DNA of 64,000 nucleotides from Octopus vulgaris (taxonomy: Eukaryota): NCBI GenBank assembly GCA_951406725.2, contig OX597828.1, positions 39,804,001-39,868,000 on the forward strand, in the 5' to 3' direction. The position numbers were made by a program, and so were the translations under genes. Under the pieces are notes generated by a model, which was not told the DNA's origin, searched no databases, and saw only the letters and a program-made list of their open reading frames with translations. Positions 12,933 through 24,834 of this stretch are shown one piece after another; positions within the stretch are counted from its first letter, which is position 1; every line of letters starts with the position of its first letter.

Positions 12933-15900
12933 TAGTAGTAGTAGCAGCAGCAGCAGCAGCACCATATTTGATATGTGAGCAATAATCTATAATGGATCTC
13001 AGTGAGAATATTTGGGCAGTATTAAGATCTGATAAAATAAATATTCTAATACATTAGAGTTTTGTGTCTCATCAGCTAAATATGAATAGTAATGATCTGT
13101 GGGCACACCATATTTCATTAAGCAACCATAATATACTACAAAGTATATTAAAAATTTTAATAAGTCAATGCTGTGTTCTACTGTGTTAGCAGTGCTACGA
13201 CATCACTTAAGGTTAAGGTTATCTCTAGAGATTTTCTGTAGAATATACAGCCAGCACTTATTTTGCTATGATATTTCATATCCCTCATGCCTCATGTAAA
13301 CAACAATGAGATAGAAGATGGAAAATCAATATTGGGTGTGGATACCATATTTTAGGTGCCCATGCTGGTGGTACATAAAAGCACCCAAATACACTCTCGG
13401 AGTGGTTGGCATTAGGAAGAGCATCTAGCTGTAGAAAACCATGCCAAATCAGACTTGAGTCTGGTGCAGCCTTCCAGCATGTTAGCCCAGTCAAACGTCC
13501 AAACCATGCCAGCATAGACAACGGACGTTAAATGATGATAATCATGATGATGATCATGATGATGATATACACACACACATATATTTATATATATTTGTGT
13601 GTGTATATTGATATATATATATATCTGTGTGTGCATGATCGTTTTTATGTGTATGCACATAAGTACCACTCACTCGAACTAATCTCTTAACTAGGAAGAA
13701 ATCTATCATTGAACCATGAAGGTACAATAGTAATTTATAACTACCACCAAAAAAAGCACATGATGCATGCTTGATGGCAATGCATATGCCAGTGAAAATC
13801 TTTACCAATACACAAGGGTGCATAGTGCTTTTCTGTGCTATGGTTTTACTGCTTCCGTAAGACCCAGACAAACAGTTGTCTGAAATTATGTCTTAATCAC
13901 CAGTACCATGAAAATCTGTAAGGTCTTTGGTGTCTTAAACAGTATAAAATTTTACTGTTTACATTAGTTGAACTGGTGTACTCATCTTGATTGTTGCTTT
14001 CACTACATTTCAGCTGTTGTATGTTCCTGCCTTCTTCAGATATCTTGTGTTCTACTTGGTTGTTGTATTGGAATTTCAGACCTCACCTTTTATTTGATCC
14101 ACAGCAGGTACACTGTTCTCATTCTGCTCTCTGCGTCTCATGACAGAGAGCAGAATGAGAACAGTGAAACATTCATGCCAACTAGTGGAGAGCTCATGCA
14201 GATACATAATGCAGTCACCAGACACAATTATAGATGCAAATGCAAAAGCAGAATGTCAGATAAAAATGAAACAAGGCCGTGAGAAAGAGAAAGATGTAGA
14301 TATTAGAAACAGTGGTTTTTAGGCAATCTTATCAGATAAGAGTGAACATGTGCAAAAGCAATTAAGTTATCTAAGGAAGGCTGATAGTATTGGTATAATA
14401 ATGATATCTGTCCTCTAACCAGCACAACACAGTAGTTGTTTGTTCAACCAGATCAGAAAACAAGTCAACAGAGAGAGCATCCAAACACTGTTCATAAATT
14501 GAGTTGCAAGCCAGTGTGAAGAAACAAATCTAACGAAGCAGTAGTTTCATTACATGGGGAAATGGGAGCAAGAGAAATAATATTCTTAAGATTATAAACC
14601 TGGAAAAGTTCAGGACAAGTTATTACACTTGGAAAAGTTCAGGACAAGTTATTACACTTGGAAAAGTTCAGGACAGGTTATTACATCTCGTAAAGAACAG
14701 AACAAGAAAATTTTTACTTAAAATATTGCAGCTAAGGATAAAATTTCAAATAGAATATTTAGATTTAGAAAATATTAGCTTTTATTCAAACTGAAAATTT
14801 TATTACAAGTTATTACTTTCATTTGTTATTATTTGTTACTGCTATTAAAAATAAAATATAACTCAAAATATTTTTTGCCCTTCAAAAAAATTCAATTTTT
14901 TAATAATTGATTAATAATTATAAATTTGAAAATAGGTTATGAAAATATATAATTAGTTAGTTCAATAAATAAAATAATGCAAAAATTAATTATATATTTT
15001 TCCCAGGCTATGACATTTGTGAAGAAAAAAAGATACCCTTCCCCAACCCCTAACCCTAACCCTAACTAACCCTAAATCTAAAATAGATTGAAATGCAATA
15101 GATCGATACTAGGGCCATAATTATGGGTGACATTTTCATTTGACACCGCTAGAAAAAAATCCCATTTTCCGTAGCGGTGTCGTATGAAATTGTCACCCAT
15201 AATTATAACCCTAGTATCAATCTATTTTAGATTTAGGGTTAGATTTAGGGTTAGTTAAGGTTAGTTAGGTTTAGAGTTAGGGTTAGGGGTTGTGGAAGGG
15301 TATCTTTTTTCTTCACAAATGTAAATAAACCCAATCTGTTTCTTAAACGAGAGACATATTCATTATGCACAGAATGCTATTTACCTAAATGGGGGTCAGC
15401 GATTGGTTAAAATTGCCGAAATGCTTGAAATTAAAGACGAAATATCTTACAACATATAGAATTTTCTCAATAAAGCCAAGAAAAAATGATGTTTTATAAA
15501 CACATTCTACCAGTATACAAAGTTTAAAACTTTTTAGTTACCTAGAAATTATGTTACAAAGTGCTGTTCAAAAGGAAAAGATCCAAATGAATAAATAAAA
15601 TTTTCTTATGGAATTTACTGAACACTGTAAGGTAGCAGCTGAGCTGCACACACATCCCTTTCAGTTAAAAGGAAAGATTGCCAAAATGCTGGGCTATAGC
15701 CACAATTTCTGAGTAATATTTAAAATTTTTCATTTTTATGATATAATTGCACTACTTAATACAAATGACATAATGAAACTAACTGCAAATTAGTGGTGTT
15801 GTTGATAATTTTTTCGTTACCTTAAAACTTCATTGCATAAGACTGATACCATGAAAGTCCTCGAATTGAGCTCAATCATTTAAGCTTAATTAATTGGGTT

Positions 15901-18900
15901 TTTTTAAACTAAAGAAGTTTATTATGCTTAGATCTAATTTTTTTACTTATATTTTTTCATGATATTTTACCTCATAACTTTCTTGATAGAAATTTTTGTT
16001 GCATGGGATTGAAACTATGAAATTCGTCATGCATTCCTCTACCATTGAATCTATGATAAATATATTTTGCTTTTAAAATAAATAAGTTATTTATTTTAAA
16101 AGCAAGTTACACCAGTGACATATATTAAAAGTCCCCTTATAGAACTATATTCATAAAAAAGTATAGAACTATATTATAAGGTTGTCCCAAAAGTTCGTAG
16201 AAAGTCTTGGAAAATAATGGTCTCTATTTTGAGGAATAATTTTTGTTGTTTTTGTTAGTACTTGGCGAGTAAAAATTCAATTTTCGCAAGTGTTTACGAA
16301 CTTTTGGGACAACCTAATGTCACCCTCAAATTTGGGAAACAAGCACTCATAACATTTTTCTTTTAAAACTTCATTGCATGAGACTAATATCAGGAAAGTC
16401 CTCAAATTGAGCTCAATCATTTAAGCTTAATTAATTGGGTTTTTTTTAACTAAAACAGTTAATTATACTTAGATCCAATTTTTTGCCTTATATTTTACCT
16501 CAACTTTTTTGATAGAAATTTTTGTTGCATTGGATCAAAACTATGAAGTTTATTATGCTTTCCTCTACCATTAAAGCTACGATAAATATATTTTGCTTTT
16601 AAAATAAATAAGTTATTTAGATCTAAACTTGATTGGAGGCGTTACTTGCTCTCCTATAATGTTGCTAAAACTTCTGATGTAAACTTTTTTCTACTGGACC
16701 AAATGTAAATTTTTTATGCCAAAATGTAGCTAGGGACCAACCCTCTTCAAAACTGTTAATAGTTTTCAATTTCATTAAGAACTGAATTAGCGACAATGCT
16801 CTGAAGATACTGCATGTGAGCAAAATGCTGCCTTAAGAATATTATTCAACTACCACCATAGTTGAATATCACTCGGGGCTAGATTAAGACCAATAGAGCC
16901 CCTAAGCACTTAAAAGATTTTGATGTCCCATCAAAATATATGCAATAATAAACCATAAAGTAATTTTTATTTTTCAAAATGAAACAAAAAACTAACATTA
17001 AAATGGAAAATAAGGTTTGTTTTTATATACTTCCACTTCATTTATATTTGAAAAGTTTTCTCCTGCATTCTTTAATTGCAAAATCTTATTAGATCCTCAC
17101 TATGACACCATGAACACTTTGAAATTATATTTCCAATCATATAAACAGCTTCAAATATTATTTTAGCAAGTTTGAAGTAGTTTCTTTTGTGCCATAGTCC
17201 TTTTACCATTTCCATGATTCCCTGCTTCCCTTGAGGCCCTAAGGATGTTCTTATTTTGTTTAATGGTTAATCCAGTGCTGTGAACACATTTACAATGTGG
17301 ACTCTGCTGGCACAATATGATGAAACAAAAGTTACCATTCAGAAGACATGAACAATCACCAGACTGAGACAAACACATATACTGTCAAACTCTGTATAAA
17401 ACGAAGCACAGTTCTTTAAGCAACAAAATTGGATCCTAAAGGGTAGAAGAGAATTTGAAAGAGGAAATACATACTTAGCATCTCCATTTTGTAAAGACAT
17501 ATATTGGCGAAGTAAAAACGATTTAGCAATTTTAAAGACCACTGATCAAGTGACAATGAATCAAAATCAATGAACGATCAGCCATAACAAGCCATAAGAA
17601 GTAAAATGACATCCATTTAGCAATAATTTGTAATGTTAATTACTCATTGCTTTGCACCTGAAATTTTTTTAAGATATTTTGGTGTCTACTACATATGACT
17701 GCATTGTTGTAATCAAAACATGTGTGTGTTGCTTAACTGTTCTGTTTGTAATTATTCCTACTGGCTTTATAAACACCCAAAAATTATATCTGCTCACTTC
17801 CATTACTATATATTTATTGCCAGCTGCAAGTTCTATGTGTCTCTACCAAAAAGAATCTCTGAATCCTTAGTTCAGGATATTTCAATCTTACTATATAGCA
17901 ACATAAGCACAATTTATCATCTTTTATTAATGCAGGTTTAACAGATGAAGAAATTGTTGCACAGGTGGTGTTGTTCTTATTTGCTTCACACTTCGCAACT
18001 TCAACTGCGTTGTCGTTTTTTTCATATATCCTTGCCACTCAGCCAGAAATACAGCAGAAGGTATATGATGAAGTGATGGATGTCATTGGTGACGTAAGTT
18101 TCCCTAAGATTTTGGCACAAGACCAGTAATTTGGTGGGAGGGGCTAAGTTGATTACATCAACCCCAGTACTTGGCTGGTACTTATTTTATCAACCCTGAA
18201 AGAATGAAAGGCAAAAAACACCTGAGTGGAATTTGAACTCAGAATATGAAGATGGATAAAATGCTGCTGAGCATTTCACCTGGTGTGCTGGCGAGTCAGT
18301 AACCTAATAATAACTGAATAATTCATAAAGCAGAGATGTTGTAGTGATGTGTACTGCTGTATTATGTGATAAACAGTTTTGAGTTCAAGTAATATGTATT
18401 GTATTGTAGAATTGCACTTGTGTTAAGACATAATGCAAGAGATCTGCAATTGGTTAGCTCATCACTAGTGAGACTCCAAAACTTTGGTTGTCTGTGACTT
18501 AAAACTTCCAGTTATAGTGAATAGAAATGATTAGAGAAATTTAGCATTAATTATAACTAATTACTGGTTTAGATAGACTTCTAAAGTAATTATTTTAGAA
18601 GTCTATCTATGCTAGTGATACATTTCTAACTATAGAGGCTACTCAGCTGCATATGTCTGAGGTGATTGTGATATAACTGCTTTGTGTGTGTATGTATATA
18701 TATATGTTTTTATATATATATGTGGAGGTGCAATGACCCAGTGGTTAGGGCAGCGGACTCGTGGTCTTAGGATCGCGGTTTCGATTCCCAGACCGGGCGT
18801 TGTGAGTGTTTATTGAGCGAAAACACCTAGAAGCTCCACGAGGCTACGGCAGGGGGTGGTGATCCCTGCTGTACTCTTTCTCCCACTCTTTCTTCTGTTG

Positions 18901-21900
18901 GCCTGCTCGCTTAGCCAGTGGGGTGGCATCATTCGAAGGTTAAAACAATGCGAACACATTGTGACCAGCGATATGTAACAACATCTGATGGACTGGTCAG
19001 TCACGTGATATATATATATATATATGTATATTGACTAATATTATTGGGATATTAATATAGATAGAATAATTATTTTGGTTGCAAAATTAAAATATGAACA
19101 AAGACAATTGTGATTACTCAGAAAAGTGTGGAAATGACAGTAGCTATTTTGAATTTAATATCACCATAATCCTAAACTGTATTTTGTTAAATGCTTATAT
19201 TTCACTTATTTTATTTATGATTCAATAGCAAATCAGTGTCATGAATTGAATTTGATATTTATTTGTTTGCAGGAAGAACCTATGGTTGAAAATTTGAACA
19301 AACTAACTTACCTTGATATGTGTATGTCTGAATTACTTAGAATGTATCCTCCATCACTCAGGTAGTGTTACAATGTTTACATCTGCATGAAATAATTAAA
19401 TAATGTTTGTTGTAAAGAGGTGAGCTAATGTGATGCATTATGAATTTTATTTATTACTATCAGGAATATTCCACATTAAATTGTATCAACTGTATGGTTT
19501 GTTAATAGAATATATTCTACTTAAATACAAATGAAAACTATAGAGAAGGGATATAAGACTACTTGTTGTTGATGGCCTTCTTTTAAGAGAAGAGAGCAAG
19601 TAATTGAAAAGTGAACGAACAATTTTGTAGTGAAAATTATAAAGGAAAGCTGCAATATTTAATGGCATATCTCCCATTCTGTAACTCCCTATTTGGATCA
19701 ATATTCTTCCCTTATTGTTTTGAAAAGTGTGTTCCACAAGAAATATACAATAGTACCAAAAATGTGTTTGATAAGAAACACATAACAGGTCCAAATAATA
19801 TAATAGTAGCATAAGAAATGTATGATAGTACCAATGTTCATATCAATATTCTACACTTGGTGTGAAAAATATGTTCCATAAGGAATACATAATATTACCA
19901 AATATATAATAATAGCAATGGCATATCTCCTGTTCTGTAACTCCCTATTTATATCAATACTTCCGCTTATTGATTTTTAAAAATATGTTCCATAAGAAAT
20001 ATATATTAGTACCAAATTTTATAGCCTTTCATTACAACAAATTATGACATCATATGTTTACATGCGCAAAATCTACTTTGTTGTTGTGGTATAATGTAAA
20101 TGTACATTGCATGCCAGACAGGGGGAGCCCCAAAGGAGATCTGTATGGAGAATTGGACATTGGCACAAGAGCACAACCTCATCTTTGTTTCAAGTACGTC
20201 TGCAAGAGAGATATGAAGTTGATGGTTCTGGACATTCTGAGAGGGGAGGAGACTGCAAATGATCGCCTTGCTGGAGACAAATATTGCAAAAGTGTGTGAA
20301 GCAAGTGGAAGAGAAACAGGAACTTGCAACCAAAGAAAAGTGCACTCGACGAAAGGAAAAACCAGTAGCACCTGTAGAAAGCTTCTTTAAATGCAATCGT
20401 TGTATGCATGATTGCCACTCCCATGTGGGCCTATACAACCACTCACATGTGGGCCTATACAGCTACAACACACGCTGCATCACCAGCAGCAGCTGACATG
20501 ATTTCTTCAGGCATAGATCCATGGTCTCTCAAGACCGACAGATGCCTACAACTAACATAAATGTAATAGTCAGTCATTGCCCTAATAACAGAACATCCTG
20601 TGCATAAAATGTATGAGTTCATATTCATGTCTCAAAGAGAAAGCTACATTATCAAACGAAAGTGAAGTAATGATGTGCTTATAATTGTGTTCTATTGCAA
20701 TTATGGTCTGTACATTATTGAGGCAGTCTCAGACAAACATGAAGTGAGAATCTAGAAGAGTTTCTCCAGTGTTCTTATTATATCTGAATTGTGTCTGTGA
20801 TTCAGCTGTGATGTGTCCATATCAGACCATCACCTTCAAATATATAGTGATCAAAACTCTGTTTAAGTACTGAGTCAATAATTTTAACTTCATTTACTTT
20901 CAAGAGTTTGCTAAAATATGGGAATATATTTTATTGCCTTTGATGTGTAAATATATCTGTACATTGATTTCAAATTTTGGTACAAGACCAGCAATTTCAG
21001 TGATCGGTAAATCAATTACATTGGCCCTCAGGGCTCAGCTAGTATTTATTTAATGAATCCGGAGAGGGTGAAAAGCAAAGTTGGACTGGAGGAATTTGAA
21101 CTCAGAATGTAGCATTTTGCCCAACACAAAACATTTTCCCTGTTTTGTTAATGATTGTGTCAGCTAGATGCTGTAATATATATCTGTATATTTTATGGAA
21201 TTATTCTTAGGTATTAAATATTGCAATTAATTAAGAATTTTCCCTATTGTTCATTTATACAGGCTTCAGAGGTATGCCAAGGAAACTGTTAAGATAAAGG
21301 ACTGGATAATTCCGAAAGACATTCCTATAGACATATCTATTTATAGCCTTCAACATGACCCTGAATACTGGCCAGAACCACATAAGTTTATTCCAGAAAG
21401 GTAGGTCAAATTATTAAAATTTCGATATAAGAAAACAAAGAAATCCAATATTGATATATTTAAATATAAACTGAATAATAATCAATGAACTTATCTTGGT
21501 AAAGGTTAAAATATATTTGAATAGCCATATAAAATAGTGATTTAAAAAAAAAAAAATCTATATAAAAGCATTCTACATGCATGCGTGCACACACACACAC
21601 ACACATAAACACACATGTGTGCATGTGGATGCATAACATGTATGCACATACACACACATTTACCAAGTATCTAATAACCATATAGTTAGGCTATTGTACT
21701 CTACAACCCCAAACCTGCAGATAACATGACTGGGAATAATAACTTTACACTAAAAAATACAAATGTTGTACATCCTCTAATATCTGATGGTCAACTTCTT
21801 AATTCTACTGATCCTGATTTCCAGCATCATACATTCCCAATTCCTCTTCTATCCGTGCAGAATGACCTTCAATGAAACCCAACTGGCTGCTCTAACTACA

Positions 21901-23624
21901 AACATTGTTTCATATCTCCCACATATTTCTACAATTGCTCTGAACAAATATCAGACACTGATATATCCAACCTGAGGAGCCTCTACATCTAAAACTTGTT
22001 ATTATAAAAATACATTTGAATACCCTTTGAAAAGAAACTGCTTTGCTAAAAGCATCATTTACAGATGTCAAGTGATTACCAGTTCAACTACAAGAGAATA
22101 TGTTGATGCCACAGCCAACAACTTTAAGAAGCACATTTACACACACATCCCCTCATACACAAAGCCTAAATTGGCTCACTACTTCACTGGCTGAATACAT
22201 CTGGCAACTTAAAAATCAAAATCCCCAACACTCATTATAATTGAACATAGTGAAATTTACAACCCCACACATAGAACAAAAGTCATGCCAACTATGTAGC
22301 CAGGGAGATTAAAAATGGACTTTGTTTATTTTAATTTTGAAAAATAAAGGATGTATAAAAAAATCCACATTATTTATGGGATGACCCAATATATTTATAT
22401 ATGCGTTTATGCATATAGATTTATGCTTTTTATCTTTATTGAATGTGTGCATATAGGTTGTATGGATATGAACACTGTTAACCCCCAAGGATGATATATA
22501 TTTTCAATTTATTCAAGTATATATTGGGTTGTCTAGAAAGTTTGTGCCGATTTATAGTAGCTTACCTTTTGACTTATTTTAGAACATGGTTGAGTCCATA
22601 AAATAGGATTTGATTACGCCTCCATTTAGAGCACAGTTTAAGCTATCTTTTTGTGGAAGAAGGTATTTGTTTGTGGCCAACAAGCATGGTATTGTTTTCC
22701 AACATGATAATGCAAGACCACAGATTTCTTTGGGAACCAGACAAAAATTGCTGCAGCTTGGCTGGGATGTGTTACCCCACCCTCCATATTCACCAGATAT
22801 TGCTCCTTCGGATTTCCACTTATTCAGGTCTCTGAGGAATAGTCCTAATGGTAAAAATTTCAATTCCTTGGATGACGTAAAAAGATACCTTGATGAATTC
22901 TTTGCCATGAAACCACCTCAGGTATAATCCAGATTGCACAACCTGAGAATTGGAAGAAAGCCTCAACCTATCAAAATCCGTCGTTCATGAGCACCTGGTA
23001 AAGCTTGGGTATTTTCAAGTTAAAGGAAAGATGGAGATGCATTGTGTAACAAAATGGTTCATATTTGGTTGATTAAAAAGGAAATGGCAAGTATTTATTG
23101 ACCTTTTTCTTTCCTTTATAAATCGGCATGAACTTTCTGGAAAACCCAATATTTTTGTATTTACTTTTACTGTTTTTTTACTTAATCTACTTCATTACTT
23201 TTCTGCTAAAACCCTCCTCTTCCTCCTTGTCTGCCTAACATCATCATCATCATCATCATCATCACTATCATCGTTGTTGCTATTGTGATTTTAGTCCAAA
23301 TCACTTCAACTCCTCTCATATTTTTAAGCCCAAATGCACATCAGTTTTGTAGACACTGTTCCCTACTAGCATTCTTAACCATACACTGATACATGATTCT
23401 CTGCCCCAACCTCTCCTTAACCCTTTCAATTCTATACCCTGTTCTCAATTATCCCTCCTCCTTTTACTATGCACACAACCAATCGCCATTCCTTTTATTC
23501 TCACATACCTTCCTTCCTTTTCCTATCAACCCTGTACATCTCTTTATATTTCTCCTTCTGCACCTCCCTTCACCCATATACTTATTCTTTCTCCTAACTC
23601 AGTAGCCGATTTCTGCTATCTTGG

Positions 23625-23718
<94 letters not shown>

Positions 23719-23729
23719 CATACATACAT

Positions 23730-23781
<52 letters not shown>

Positions 23782-24785
23782 GTATGTATGGTGGGGAGTG
23801 GGTGGATGGGTGTTAAATAAATTGAGACAATATAACCAAGGCTCTGTGGAAATTATAGGATGTTTATAAAGAGAAAGGTAGTCTTACAACTGTTTCTGGG
23901 ATATTAGTGATATCCCTTCATCAGAGACGATATGAGAGAGTTAACTAGAGAGAAATAGTAGTGTTCAATATAAGGCATTATTTAGGAAAAAAATAAAATT
24001 ATATATATACATAGGATGTTGCAGGTCCATTATCCAAAGAAAGTGCTGTATAGAATGGGTAGAAATACTTCTTGTGCATGGTATGTAGATTCCAATTGGA
24101 GTTCATGTTTTGTTATTACAAGTAGATTGTGTGGAGACATAAATTCCATGTGCTGTTCATTCAAAGGGGTCTTGTGGTGGGAATGAAATTTTGAGAATGT
24201 ACTGGTAGGGGTAAGTAGACAGAGACAAGTGAATAGATATATATGTGAGGAGGAGAATGGTATTAGTCAAAAGGAATAAGGGAAGTAAGAAAGAAAGAAA
24301 CAGGAAGAAAAATAGAAAAAGGAGTGCTAGATGGTGGTCAAGATATTGTAAGGGAGATGGGAGAGGAGAGCTATCAGGATAAAAGGAATAGGGGGAGGGA
24401 TAGAAGGAAGAAATAAGAATGTAAGGAAGGAATATGCATGAGGATTGGGAGGTGGGGTGATATGTTTGGAAGGTACTAAGGTGGGGAGATAGGCAAAGAA
24501 AATGTTATGGTGTGGGGTGGGGGTAGTAAAGTGAGTAGTAAACCTCAAAAACGGAGGGAAGAATAAGATATAATGGTCAAGTTTGTAAAAATAGTAGTTA
24601 TTTATTGTACTAGCTAAAGTGATATTGGGGGCTGATGAATCAGAGAGAAGAAGAATGTTATGCATATAGATATTCACATGCACACACATACACACACATG
24701 CTTAAAAATGTGTATATATTATATAGGCCCACATACTATTATATAGGCCCACATACTTATGTACCTATACCCATATGCATATTTT

Positions 24786-24834
<49 letters not shown>

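Noticed and set aside
14601-14686. 29-bp repeats resembling a CRISPR array
   Set aside because: Head-to-tail with no spacers and no cas genes, in a eukaryotic intron; it is a minisatellite.
15040-15300. TTAGGG-like runs as a telomere or fusion site
   Set aside because: Short, degenerate and part of a dispersed TIR element.
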